A stretch of 64,000 bases of DNA from Leidyana gryllorum EB-2025a (GCA_048772705.1 JBLWGC010000205.1:1-64000), one strand, 5' to 3'; positions 28,166 through 41,689 are shown, counted from the stretch's first letter. Notes: generated by a model not told the origin, from the sequence alone. Numbers and translations are program-made.

Positions 28166-29464
28166 ATGGCCGATTTAACAGAGGCGGAGGTCGAAGTGTA
28201 CGACCGTCAAATTCGACTATGGGGACTGGAAGCACAGCAGAAGTGAGTCGTTCAACGCCCTTAGAGTCGCTATGCCACGAATCACTCAACAAATGTTCGC
28301 AGGATATCCAAATCATGCGTCATGTTAATCAAAATGGTCCCCATCCACGCGGAGGTCTGCAAGAATCTGGCCGCTGCAGGCGTCAGCCTCGTTCTCGTCG
28401 ACGACACTCCCTTTGACACTGCTCTTCACCAACTCACTCTCCCCCCGGATGACGAAGAGCTCGCGGAGGCCGACGCTATGACGGCAAACGCCGCTGGCAG
28501 CGCTGTCACGACTGCAGCCTCCTCCGAGCCGACGAAAAGCACTACAAACGCGAGACCGACTGTGGCTGAAGTCTATGCGAAGAGATTGCGGAAAATGAAT
28601 GGTTTCATTAAGATCGAAGTGATCCCCGAAAATGACATTCTGAAGCGAGTGGGGACCGGAATCAGCGCCGTCATCGCCCCATTGGGTTTAATGGAACTGT
28701 CAAAACTGACGAACCTCGACACACACATCCGCGCATTGGCACCAAGTCCAATGGGCGTCTACACCTACTCCAGAGACGACGACGCTTCCATTCTCTTCAC
28801 CAACAGCCACTCGACATTTGAACAGTAAGTCGACCGAGCGGAGGGGAGGGGAGACAACTGTTGGAAAGTCCCGTCCGTAGCCTCCCCTCTTTCTGTGCCC
28901 CCCTCCGTTTATTGCCCTTTGTGATCTGATTATCGCATTCGTGTCCACAGGATGAGTTTGAGCGCAGCTGTCGAGGAGATCAACACAGTTGTCGAGGACA
29001 GTGCCCCGAGTGGGAGTAAGTGGGCGGCTACGACGTTCGGTGAGTGACGGCCTTTTCCTTTCTGTGTCTCCAACAAATGCGATTGGGCACTCTCGTTCAG
29101 CGACCCACACAGCCAAGTTGCGGGAAGCGTCTGGCGTTGAGGGGTGGCATCGCACGACGGTGAGTGTCGCTGCGATTATGGGCGGCTTGATAGGTAGGTG
29201 GAATGTGGTGTGATTATGGGGGGCTCGCCGCCCTCTCCCGCCCTCCCAAAGATCTCTCTTTCTTGTGCTTCAGGGCAAAAGGTGCGCGTTATTGTGAGCG
29301 GCGAGGCGGAAGAGGAGCCGTGGAATCTGTGTGTTTTCGATGGCGAGAAATCGGGAGTGGCTGTCGCATCAGTTGGGGGCTCTTTGGCGGAGACGGCTGG
29401 AGTGATGAAGAGTGGGCCGGTTGGTGGGGAGATCGTCATGTCGATCTCGGACGATGAGGAGTGA
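28166..29464 (+). CDS. SAE1: SUMO-activating enzyme subunit 1 (AOS1)
   Basis: MADLTEAEVEVYDRQIRLWGLEAQQ, AEVCKNLAAAGV, LRKMNGFIKI, VAAIMGGLIGQKV. Confidence 0.85.
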
Positions 29465-29812
29465 TCGTTTTTTCTTCTTCTTCCTGGTGGTGACTGATAG
29501 AATTTGACCACCGTTATCGCGTATGGCCTCCAGAATGACCTCCAACTCGTCGTCACTCGGGCGTCGCTCAATAACAACAACGGCCTCAGGCTCGGTGGTC
29601 TCTTCTTTTTCGAGTTCCGTTGTCTCCTCAGGTGTCTCGACAGGTGGGGTCGGAATGAGGACCTCCATATCTGGGGCAACAGCTTCGTCGGTCCCCAAGG
29701 ACGAGTTTGGTTGACTGGTGACAGAGGGCGGTAGTGGGACCGGTGTGGGGTCTGCAGCGACAGTGGCTGCCAACAGACACCACAAAAGAATGCACCGCCG
29801 ACCAATCATCAT
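29369..29812 (-). CDS. Small secreted hypothetical protein
   Basis: Signal-like 'CILLWCLLAATVAA', P/T/E-rich middle, basic tail. Confidence 0.5.
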   Translation of the reverse strand: MMIGRRCILLWCLLAATVAADPTPVPLPPSVTSQPNSSLGTDEAVAPDMEVLIPTPPVETPEETTELEKEETTEPEAVVVIERRPSDDELEVILEAIRDNGGQILSVTTRKKKKKRSLLIVRDRHDDLPTNRPTLHHSSRLRQRAPN

Positions 29813-29824
29813 ATCTTCTCGTTC

Positions 29825-29833
29825 GCATGCATG
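29825..29833. promoter_or_regulatory. GCATGCA ApiAP2-type motif (second copy at 7218-7224)
   Basis: GCATGCATG 12 bp upstream of the 29812 ATG. GCATGCA also lies in the 58-bp PKG/glucosidase spacer. TGCATGCA is a known apicomplexan AP2 motif. Confidence 0.4.
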
Positions 29834-29896
29834 TGCGACCGTGTCACCCCCCTGTGACTGTTAACTTACTGGCTGTGATTTAGCCAATGGGACTAT

Positions 29897-31527
29897 CTAA
29901 CTAATTGGTGGCTCTGGGCCCTCGAAATCTTCAAGTTTCGGTGTCATTGCAGTCGGAGGCGGCGGCGGGTGCTCGGTCTGCTCGCTGGCTGACTCCATCA
30001 TTGTGCTCGGCACAGCAGGCGGGGGCTCCCACGGAGCCGCGTCCGGCTCTGCTTCGGGACCAATGTTGCATGGGAGCCCGTGCTCTCTGAGATAGAGCAC
30101 CAAAAGGTTCTCTTTCTCCACCCAAGACGCTACGTCGCGCTCCTGGAACACCTCTCGACAGAACTTTTGACACTGTTCACCTGCAGACAACGACGCAACG
30201 TGTGGACCACACGCGAGGCCGCGCGACCCTTTCCACTCACCCGCGCGGTACACTTCCGAGTTTTCGGGATTGTATTTGAAGCAGTTTGTGAAAATGAGCT
30301 CCATATCCCGCACGAACGTGTGGATCGATCGGTACTCGTAATTCCGTAACTTCCTTTTGATATATGAAAAGTCCCGCGGTTCCGTAATTATCGTATAGTA
30401 GTCAGGACAACCCCATGCCTTTACGTCCACTGGCTTGCGGAAAAACCACGCACTCTGCAGATTGCTCACTGTGTCCACCACCTTCAGACCCTCCGCGCAC
30501 CACTCCATCCGAAACGCGTCCGTCTGCCAAACAGTCAGTGCCCAGGGACGCCAGAAACGAAACGTACCGGAGCGTAGTCGCGGGGAGCAGCGTGGGACCA
30601 CACAGCGAGTTCCGGGAACCGCTGCTCAAATTCGCTCGATTCCTTCAGACCAGCGTACAGCCACACTTCACAACCTTCCCGCAGCTCCACGCGGTACTGT
30701 AAGCGGTATTTGGAACGCGCTTCTGCTGCCTGCGGGGTGTCTGGAAGGAGAGACGAACGATCGCTCGCTTACAGTGGATGTTTGTGTGCGTTTGCGGCCA
30801 CGAGAAGAGTCTTTCTCGATGAGCAGTTGTGAAGCGGACTTGAGGAGGGCAGCGAGCTCAGCGTGTCCGCCTTTCATGGCGTAGGCATGGGCCATCTTCT
30901 TCTGTACATCTCGTATTGAGGCATCGGCGCCGATGCTGAGCATATATTTAACCATTTCTTCTTTGCCCTCTCTTGCGGCGTAGAAGAGGGCGGTCTGTCC
31001 GATTCGGTCGGACGCATTTATATCTACGTGCATATCTTCTACCATTACTTTGACAACGTCTATTCGTCCTTCTCGACCCGCGTAAAACAGAGCAGTCTGC
31101 ATAGCAGAGTCCGTCAGCGAGGGGTCACAACCCCTCTGCACCAAATACTTGACGCACTCCACGTTGCCGTCCCGCGCTGGAATCAAACAAAGGTGATTGC
31201 ATAGGAAGAAACGCCCCCTATCGTTGGTTACCTGCGAAGAATACCGCGGTTTGGCCATTGCGGTCGATGAGAGTGGGGTCACATATGTCTCTTTCTTGAC
31301 AAAGATAGTGTAATAGTCGCAAAGCCGCAGTATCATTGGGTATCTGGACGGCCAGAAAGTGGAGGGCAGCGCCAGTTCTATCGAGTTGGCTCAACTCCTC
31401 ATCCGGACTGCCTCAGTCAGCGAGATGTACAGCCAATTATTTGAGGTACTCACACAGTGTTCAGGTAGTCGATGATGGCCTCGGGGGGCTGACCTCCCAG
31501 AATAGCTTGGGCATAGGGGGAGGTCAT
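29897..31527 (-). CDS. BDP1: Ankyrin-repeat plus bromodomain protein (BDP1 architecture)
   Basis: Ankyrins QTAVFFAARDG, QTALFYAGREG, QTALFYAAREG. Bromodomain WFFRKPVD...CPDYYTII...DMELIFTNCFKYN. Confidence 0.88.
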
Positions 31528-31660
31528 CTGGGAGAAAAGGCTTCAAAAAAAGTGCGCCTGCTGCGCTATGGTCACAACTAACAGCCCTCTGCAGAGTCCT
31601 GCCTCCACCACCGCGTCCGAGCCCTGCCTGTAAGCGAGTCCTTTTTGCGTAACATCTCAA

Positions 31661-33660
31661 ATGAGCAGCGATAAGACGCTCACAAGGGTTTTGGAGCACA
31701 AGGCAGCAGGCAATCAGTTCCACAAAGTGAGGGCCCCAACTGAATACCACTTTTCCTAACCGCAGGAGGCCAACTACTCGGAGGCCGTACGCGAGTACAC
31801 CTCCGCTATCCAACTAGCGGAGTCTGTCCTCACAGAAGACGCCCCCTGTGCCGGCACGGAAGAGCTCCAGCACACCCACCTCCCAATGCTCCTCTGCAAC
31901 AGATCACTCTGCCATGCCAAACTCGAAAACTTCGGCGCCGCCATCGCCGATGCCACCCGTGCTGCCAGCCTCTCCAGGACTAAAACAGCCCGCTCAAAAG
32001 CCCTATTCCGCCGCGGCTCTGCCCATGTGTGTCTAACCAAGTACGAAAACGCGGTCCGAGGTAAACAAATACACACACAAGACACCACTCACTGCTCCCC
32101 TCCCAGATTTCAAAGCGGCGTCGAAATTGACGCCCGGTGATAAAGTGCTGGAGACACGCTTGAAGGAAGCCGAGAAGTTACGCAAGGAACAAAAGTTTGC
32201 TGAGGCCATCAAAGCTGACGCTCAACAACCCATCTCGAGCACGATTGACTTGACCTCTTATAACATCGATACCAAACAGTACAAAGGCCCAGTGTACAAT
32301 GGCGAAGCATCGCGCACGCCCGAGTTCTTCCAAGAGCTCGTGAATTACTTCAAGGTACAGAGTCGACCAATAGTCACCACTAATCATTGTCGTGCCAACA
32401 GTCGGATCACAATAATCGATTACACAAGAAATGTATCCTCCATCTTGCATTGGATATCATCGCTTTGTATAGAGAGGTACGTTATCAGTCATCAGCTCCT
32501 GCCGGCCTTGTTCCCAACTCCCATCGCCGCGAGCATTTCCACGGTGCCACATAGTCGCGAGAGCTCGACCGAATACAGGCCGGCACCCGGGGACACACGT
32601 GTGTGTGCCCGGGGAGACATGGACTGTAAGTAATATTCTTGATGATTTCAGCAACCGAATATCATCGACATCAATGTGCCTGCCGAATCGGGAGAAAGAA
32701 TCACTGTGTGTGGTGACATACATGGTCAATTCTATGACCTGTTATCGATCTTTGAGAAGAACGGCTGGCCATCAGAAACTAACCGCTATCTGTTTAATGG
32801 TGACTTTGTTGACCGGGGCAGTTTCAGCGTGGAGGTCATTTGCACGCTCTATCTGGCCAAGCTGGTGTGGCCCAATCATTTCTTCTTGACTCGGGGAAAT
32901 CACGAGAGCCGCCGTATGACCAAGTTGTATGGATTTGAGGGCGAGATGCGAGTGAAGGCTTCCGGTACCATTTACGATGTGTACTGTGAGGTGAGTAATT
33001 CAATCGGTTGTGGCTCCCATCTATATTTGGAATTACCCCATATTAAAGTCGTTCGATCATTTGCCGCTTGCGCATTGTATCAACAACCGGATTTTCGTGG
33101 TGCACGGCGGGCTTTCGAGCAGAATGGGAGTCACTCTGCAGGAGATCAACGAGTTGAACAGATGTCGTGACGACGAGGAAGGTAGGATCTCTTTCGTGGT
33201 TTGGCCCCCGACCAGTACGTTGCCTGGCACCCTAGGTCTCATGACGGATTTGTTATGGGCGGACCCCCAGCCCTGGCCGGGCAGCAGTCCTTCGAAGCGC
33301 GGAGTTTCGAACAACTTTGGTCCCGACATCACAAATGACTTCCTGAAGACGAACAATCTGGAGATGGTGATCCGAAGTCATGAAATGAAGGACAAGGGAT
33401 ATGAGTTGACCCACACTGGCAAATTGGTGAGCGCTAGTTTGGTCGATCGGTTTTTGTCATTTATAATACTTTGGCAGATTACGGTGTTCAGTGCTCCGAA
33501 CTACTGTGATCAAATGGGCAACCAAGGGGCTTATATGAGATTTGAAGGTCCCGAGTTGAACGATCGTTCGAAAGAGGTCAAGCCCGAGATTCTCGTGTTC
33601 AGCAGTGTGCCCCACCCACCAGTAGCTGCAATGAAGTACGCTAATCCAGTTTTCATGTAG
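31661..33660 (+). CDS. PP5: Ser/Thr protein phosphatase 5 (TPR + PPP)
   Basis: TPRs ([32 protein letters not shown]), [37 protein letters not shown]. Confidence 0.96.
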
Positions 33661-33864
33661 GCATAGCAGTAGGCGAAACAGCACATTTGGCCCGCACGGA
33701 CGAACGGAGCGGAACGGAAGTGCCTGCCCCCTGCCCTCCGTCTCGTCTCGTCTCGTCTCAGTCAGCTTTGGACACGTCCAGTGTGTCTCTGTCTGTGTTC
33801 TCTCTTGCTTCACAGTCACAGTCACAGATCGATCAGCACCACGTTTTTGCGCCAGCTATGATAG

Positions 33865-36800
33865 TTACTTTTCGACGGCTTTCAGGAGAGCAGGCCTGTG
33901 ATCAGCGATCATCCGAATCCAGTGGTCGGCTGGCGAACTGGGAGCGTGGACGGAGGCGACCTACGGAAAGTGAGAGATGGAGAGAGAGTATATAGCAGAA
34001 GGAATGTCTATATATGACCACCACGACGACGATAACAGACAGCGAGCATTGAAGAATGATGAATCTTTCATCATCATCTCAACATCTCATCAACAGCATC
34101 AATGAATATATGACGGATCGATCCCAGATGTCTTTGAATTTCTTCTTACCTGCCATATCCATCCTATGATATGTTCAGCATATAGATGCGCTCTTCGACC
34201 AGTGACAGCGGGAGTTGCAGAGACGACGCGGCCGACTTTGGCCATAAGGTGCAACAGACTGGTTGTGACAAGCAGCAGGTATTCTGGGGACCAGACGGTA
34301 TCCTCTTTCTGCTGTTTGGCAATGTCGCTCGGTTGCTGCTCTTCGTTGCTGACGCCTAAGGACTCCAAGAACTTGAAAAGACCTGAGACTATCAGTCCGA
34401 AAAGGAAGCGCGCCTGCCAATTCCGTCCTGTGCCTTGGCGATTCCACCCTTCCATCAAGGTGGCCAGTGGTCGGAGGTTGGTGTGCAGTCTGGTGGACTC
34501 AGGGTTGCTCATGCAGGCCTCCAAAGTAGAACGAATGGTCTCCGAGCATTCAGCTTCCGAAGTGTCCGTGGCTTTCGGCTGATGCAATAGCTTCAGATAG
34601 TGCTCCAGGAACGTCGTGACACACGGGTCGAGCGAATCTCGGATGTCGTGTTCCCCTGCCGTTGCATAGACACTCAATACGTCGCTGGATAAGCTGATAG
34701 GAGAGAGAAAAGAAGACAGGTCAAGATGGACGAATAAGTGAGGATCGTTACCAGATTTGCAGCGTCGAAGCCAATTTTGAGCCGCACGTTCGAACGAGAT
34801 ACTCTTGTAGCCGTCTCATTCCACTCTGACACTGATTCACAGACTGAGCGTCACTCCATACAATCTGATACCTCCGAGCCATTTGCCTGCGCGCGACAAA
34901 CATTGTGTAAACTAATCGGGGCGCCAACGATGACCTCACTGCAGAGATTTGAGGCTCTTAGACAAAAAGCCGTCCATAAGCATCATCAGAGCCACTCCAT
35001 AGCGTTCAAACTGCTCCGTGTCCGGGATCGGTGGAGAGCTGCGAGCAGTGAGTGATTTTCGATCAAACAGAGAGGCGCTTAATAGTCACTCACACACTGG
35101 CGACGACGTTCTCGAGGGCTTGCAGAAGTGCCTCCAGAGCGAGCTGATCCATCAGGGGCGACGAAGAGCTCCCGGCAACACACTCTGTGGCCGCGTTCAC
35201 GTAGGTTGGGCCTTTGACCACATCCATTGGGTCCTCTGTAGGGGGGGTGGAGACGTCTGGATGATCGGAGCGGCTTACCGCCGGACACGTAGGCTTCGAC
35301 AAACACAGCCAGACTTATGGGGACTAAGCCCGTCCAGACAAAGATGTGACTGAGCAGCTCGCTGACTCGGGCCCCTCCAATGCCGGTGATCAGTGAGGCC
35401 AAAGTCACAGCGTGGCTCTGCAAGTGGACTGTTTGAGACTCGGTGATGGCATCCACGATCTCTGGCGGCGTCGGAGGCGCATTGCTGTGGACGAACAGAG
35501 ATGTGTGAGAGTGAACAACAACTGAGTGAGGTTTGCAGTGTACCTGACAGTGGCAGCGGCGGAGAGCAGACGGTACGGCTGCTCAACCGACAGAAGGGTA
35601 TAAGCCTCGAGAACCTTAGAAGCTGTGAGTGAGCGAGCGAGCGAATGAATAATTGAGTGGTGAGTGAGTGAGTGTCACTCACAGAGCAGTCCTATGATCT
35701 CGTCTTTGGAGAAATCGAGGACGGGCTCGACGACTCCGAGACATTGAGGTATACAGCTGAGGATTGCAGCCATCTCTCCTTCCTTTTGGATATCCTGTCA
35801 GATTGGGATGCCACCCATCATTGGGGGTCTTAGCGAGCGCTATACCCACCACCAGGATGAGACTAACAAAGTCTTTGAGAGTGACAAAGATGCCGTCAGA
35901 CATGATTTGGGGCGCTTCAACCGGGGGATTGGTGAAACTCTGTTGGACGACTTCATTGAGCGCCTGGCCTTCGGCGAGCGCACACTGACAAATACCCAAA
36001 AGCCCAATGAGTTGCGCTTGTGAGGCTTCGGCTGGTCTGTAGAATCATTTGATTTGATCACAGAGTTGCGGGAAGAGAGTGCTCACGAAGCAATCAGTTT
36101 CAGCAACTCGGCCAGGTGGGCGGCTAAACAGGTTGCCACAGCCTCCACAGCGAGAGTCACACTTGCGGTCCCAACGGTCGGTAGATTTGTAGCCTTATCG
36201 ATAAGACAGAGTTTGCGAGCAATGCTCGCTCGCGTATCGTCAGAGAGGATCCGATGGGGCCACTTGATGTCTCTGAGCACTTTGGCGGCGTTGGCAAAGT
36301 CGTGAGGGGGCTGCGATTTCAGAAGCGTCAGTCCGTCCGCAAGTGTGTCCAAGTTCTCCTTGAAGGCAGTTAACTCGTGAACGATACCCTCCACAGCGAG
36401 ACGCCCCAATTCGAGGATCGCATTCAAAAAGTCCGACAGTGAGGAGCTCTCCTCAAACCCAAAGTCGTCTTTAATGAGCACATCCACTCCCAATACCAAC
36501 TCGAGCGCTTGGGCCGGTTCATTATGTGCCAAGTGCTGAGACACAGTGGTGGTGCGCACTGCACGTGGCCGCAACAAACCGGGGAGACTTACCGTTTGCA
36601 CTTTGCGAGGCAAAGCTGCGAGTTCGTTCAGTTTCTGACATAATTGCTGACGATGGAGTTGGCGCTGATACAAGAGTGTGTGTGTGTGAGAGAGAGAGAG
36701 CGGCGCGCGCGATGGTGTCTCACTCTCAGATTTACGAATTGTGGTCCCAAATCAGCGTTGAGCGATTGGCGTTGTTGCATGACGACATCGAAGCTGTCGC

Positions 36801-37167
36801 TGGCGAGAGATATCTTTGTCTTGGCTGCTTCAGCCGCTTCGGCCATAGCCGTTAAGCCCGACATGGCGGTGAAGAGGCTGCGATAGTTGTCGTGGAGGAG
36901 CGCTTGAAGTTCGCTATCGGCGGTGCGGACAGCTGCTCCAGCGTTGGCAGCTTCCGCAACGAGTTCATCCAGACTGAGTGTCCTGAGCATTCGTTGGCAT
37001 ACAGTGTTGGCATCGGCCGGTGGTTCGGATTTGGACACATGAGAGCTGCGGGTGGACGTCTTGTGGGTTCTCGTGACGAGGGGTTCCGAGGTGTCGACTG
37101 CTTCAGAGGTGCCGCTGGGGTCACTCAATCCATAGTACTCCTTAAGTCGTCCCTCCAAGTCTGTCAT
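33865..37167 (-). CDS. VPS51: VPS51 (GARP/EARP subunit)-like, multi-exon
   Basis: 'RLKEYYGL', 'LSLDELV...VRTADSELQALLHDNYRSLFTA' Vps51 N-terminal pattern. Last exon ...LLKAVEK-stop. Confidence 0.7.
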
Positions 37168-40100
37168 CTTTCGATAGGCAGCGTGAGTTTGGGTTCAGGT
37201 GGAGCTGAGAGGACCTTCTGGTCCGCCAAAGGAGACCAAATTCCATAAAACTGGGGGTCCACCAAATCCCCCATAGTCCGAGTGAGGAGGGCGAGGAGTG
37301 TGGCAGCCGGTTTGTCGGTGAGGAAACGACGGAACTTTGTACTTTGGGCCTCAGAGAATCGTCGAAGCGCGGTACGGACAGCTGGTGCCTCTCTCAAAAT
37401 GTCCTTATCTACTTGAAGACATATGTTCATAGCGGCTAAGCCGCCGAGAAGTCTGGTGGTGGCCGAAGGGCCATCGGAGGTCATAATGTCTAAACAGATG
37501 CCAAAGGCCTCCACTGAGTCAAAGTGCAGTGCCAACTCTTCTAATCCTTTGAGTCCAACGACAACATTCAGAGTTCGCAGTGACAATTCGTGCAATTTGT
37601 CCGTCATTTCCGATGCCGCGTCTCCCTTCTCACTCACACACCGCAGCACCAAAGTCGGTAATTCACTCGCCATAAACCGTTTCCGAGCGCCAATCTGTTA
37701 GAAAAGGCAGCGAATGGCAACAAAACAGTCACACGACTTACCCGTTTCCGGGGGTCAGCCAGCCCGGCTATGGTGAGGGCGAGGACGGCGGCCCGCGTAT
37801 CTCTGACCGATTGTGTCGAGTAATGGGTCTTCTTGACGCTGTTGGGTACGCCCAAATCAGTGTGGAAAGGGATTGAGGGCCAACGGTGGAATCCGGTTTG
37901 GTGCTGAATGGTCAGTGTCTCTTCCAAAACTCCCGGAGCGGCTTTCACCAACACGTCCACAATCTTATTGTCATCGACCCCTCTCCAGGGGAGAGTTGTC
38001 AGTATCCACAACGCACCGGAAGCCGTCTCGGTGGTGGTGGACTCCGCTTCGAGAGCCGCGAGTGCCAAGTTGACCAGATCAACGCGATCTTCCCACAGCA
38101 AATATCTTCCCAATCCGGTTGTGAGCAAAACAGCAAACAGCCGAACCACATTGGGATGCGATGCCGACGGACTGGAGATTGTCAATAACTGTTTAACACA
38201 CCCGGATTTGTGAATCGCTCGAATGTGTGTGGCTGAAACCTCAGCCAAACTGGCCAATGCCGGCAAAGCCGCCTTTGTCTTTAGAAGATGAGCTGTCAAC
38301 CATTCAATCTCCGCCATATTCTCCTCGTGGGCCATCCACACTGGTGGAGACTTCCGGATGGGCCGTAATCCACTCAGAATCTCATCGGGTGCCGCCGAGT
38401 CGTACAGAGCGACTTCTCTTTGTCGAGGCTCCACCGCCGTTGCCAATGCTATGATTTGATTCATCGGCGTTGGCAACAGACGGCCGTGGGGATACAATTC
38501 TCGGTGCGCCCTGCGAGCGAACACTTCGATCCCCACACACGCACTCTCCAAAATCAACTCATCCTCCTCCCACACTGTCAACGCTACGAACGGATTGTGA
38601 TTTAAAACAATGCAATATGCAAAGCAAAGCAATGCAAAGACAGAAGACCGCCTCACCTTTGCAGAACACTTTGTATTGATCATTCTTCCGATGCCCCATC
38701 CTGGTGACTGACAATACTTTGATTATTGCCAACGCTTTCAGACCGCTTCGCGGAGATTTGCGTTCCGTCGCAGCTTTGTTAAACTCCTCAATGGCTAAAT
38801 TGACCACCGCAGTATTGATGGGAATGCCAAAGTCCAGAACGATCGACATCAACACAAACACTTTAGTGGTCACACCATCATCCTCCACTGCCAAGATCGG
38901 TTCCAAAGATCTCACCACCATCTGTCGCTCGGCGTCTCCGAGTGCGGCCTTCTCTTTGACCAGAAACTCAGTGGCCACTTCCAGTCCCAATCGGCATTCC
39001 TCCTTCTGGCAGGGATAGTACGACAGACCCAACAAGAGGGTGCGACCGGCCAGCTGTCTCAAACGCTCGTCCTCGGGCATCTCTTTCTCCATCGCCATTC
39101 TTAGCGCCACAACGACACTGAAAGCCTTTCTCAGTCCCAATTCGGCGCCCTGATACAAATGCTCCACCTCCACTGTCAGCTCCTTCACACTCATACTGCG
39201 ATAGTTATCCAAACTGTTCGGAAACACCTCCAGCATATCCTTACAGAAACCACGTGGCAACAGTGTCCGCACCTCCCGTCGATTCTCGGCACTCAGAAAC
39301 TCGCCACCCCCAACGCTCTTCACTGGTTTTGGACTCAGAATACTCGCTGCGTCTCGACGAACGGGGGATAGAAAGGCCATAGGAGACATTGCCTTGGCCA
39401 CTTCAGCCCCTCCACCGGCAGCAGCCGGACCCTCGTACAACTTGACTCTCGCACTCGACAACGCACTGCTCTGACTCGTCAGCGACGGAGACGGCCGGGG
39501 ACGGGGAACTGGTGACACAGTCGGAGTGGGCGGCGGAGACGGAGACGGAGACGGCGATCTCACCGTCGGAGATGCTGGAATCGACGGTGATACAGTTGTT
39601 GGAGAATTGATCTGTGCCGGAGCGGGAGAGACGGGTGGAGACGCTGCAGGAGACGCGTTCCGGGCGCCCGGTGAGCTTAAGGGCGGCCCCGTAGCCGGCC
39701 GTCCGGACTCCTCTGCCAATTTGGGCACAGAAGTGTCCGGAAGCGGAGGGATTGAGGGTGGAGCCGAGGGAGGGGGGGGCGAGATGATTGGTGCCATTGG
39801 AGTTTTGATGCGGGGAGGGCTCGAAACGGCCGCCGACGCTGATGCCGCAATCGGAGACGGTGACGCAGGATTGGATGGGGGAGGAGGAACTTTGGGTTCT
39901 CCCGGGTGGGACGGCAACGGGCCCTTAGCTATCGGCTCATTCGGTACCGTCGACTTGGCCACCTTTGCAGTCCCCGGGGGCGGCGGAAATGGAGGCGTCT
40001 CCGTGATCTGTTTGATCTCGTCAGCTTTCTTGCGGGCGCTAAAAGGTGCGTCAGCAGTCTTCTTGGGGCTCTGCTGCGGAGGCCGACTCTTCGGCGGAAG

Positions 40101-41689
40101 CTCCACTAAGGCTGTGGGAGACACCTTTTGGAACCGACGAGGACTCGATGAAGACGAGGAAGAAGAGGTGAACGGCAGCCGCGGGATTATTCGGTCACCG
40201 GTGGGCGGAGCGGAGGCTTTGATCACTCGTGATGAGGGCTCTGATGGAGTCGACGGTCTCAGTGAGGGGAGCGGAGAGGTCGAGACAGAAGGGGAGGAGG
40301 GGGGAGTGAAAGGCTGAGACGGAGACGGGGTGGGGGCTGAAGAGATCGAGGGATGAGTATTGGACGAAGAAGATGTCTGCCACACAGCCTTTGGGATGAG
40401 AGCTTTCCCGGGGCCCTCTTTCGCAGGAAAGAGACGAATCCGTGGGCTGAGATCAGTGGGGCCCTCAGCGGCTTTGCCAGCGGCTTTTGACACACTCGGA
40501 GACGCCATCTTTGCTGCAATCTGTGGCATCTTTGCACTCGGAGGAGGGGGCGACGGAGTTTGTTTGGAGACTGTTGGAGGGAGTGGCGGTGGTGATGGTG
40601 ACGGCTGTTTTGATTGAGGAGACGGCGACAGAGTGGAGGGCGGAGGCGACATTTGCGGCGATCTCGTTGCCGCCAGAAAAGCCTTCATGGCGGCCTTCTC
40701 GTTGGCTTCTCGTGTCTCTGCCTCCAATTGTTGAGCTCTGATGATTTCGGCCTCCCGTCGCTTTCTCTCCTTCTCAGCAGCGCGTCTCTCGCACTCTTCT
40801 TTTTCGATCTGACGACGTTGCAGATCTTCTTGTTGAGCGGCTTCCCGCTTTCGTCTCTCGGCTGCTGCGGTCTCTTCCTTCCGCTTACGTTCAGCTTCGA
40901 GTTCCGCCTGTTTCTTGGCTGCGGCTGCGGCTGCGGCAGCAGCAGCTTTCTCCTGTTGCCGTCTCTGTTCTCTCTCTGCCTCTTCTTGGCGAGCTCGTTG
41001 CCGTCTCTCTTCTTCTGCTGCAGCCGCGGCCTCGGCTTCAGCTTTGGCTGCAGCCAACTGGGCTTTGATAATGGCCTGTTGATGGGCCTCGATGCTGGGT
41101 GACTTGTTGGGTGGCGGTATGCCGAGAGCGTTTTCAACGGCTGTGAGGGCGTTTCGGAGTGCGGCCTGAAGTTCTTTGAGTTCGTCGGCCGAGACGCGTG
41201 CGGATTGTTCCGACTGGAGTTGAGTGGTCACACGAGCACAAAGGTTGAGTAACTCAACGTGTGCGAGAAGGCCGTGTCTGGTCTTGGCTGGGGAGACTTG
41301 GGCGAGTTTGTCCTGGAAGTCATGTTGTGCCTGATGGTATCTGAGTACGACAGCTCTGAGATCGCTAATCTTTTCGAGTTCGGGTATCGATTGTACTCTG
41401 TTTCATCAGTGTTGTGTACCGCGACTGTACCCGCCTACCTACCTGAACTGCTCGAGGGGTGTTATATGTGGGCGATAGAGGTGTTGTTTGTACGCAAGAA
41501 GCTCTGAAGCGGGAGGTAGTGGAGGACGAGGTATCTTCTCTTCCTTGAGTCCCGTCTCTTTGGTAGCTATTAGGTCCTTGAGACGGTTTGCCCGTTCAAC
41601 TCTGTGCCCACAATAGTCGCTATCGGTTCTTACACTCAGACTTACAGTGACTTGGCTGTCGGGGGAGGCTCAGGTGATGGAGGTGACAT
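37164..41689 (-). CDS. Large hypothetical protein: coiled coil, long Pro/Ser-rich linker, helical ARM-like C-terminus
   Basis: Five exons join in frame from ATG 41689, including the 890, 349 and 169 aa ORF segments. Confidence 0.7.

Noticed and set aside
39526-41137. Gly-rich and other antisense ORFs opposite the Pro-rich gene
   Set aside because: Compositional mirrors of GC-rich low-complexity coding sequence.
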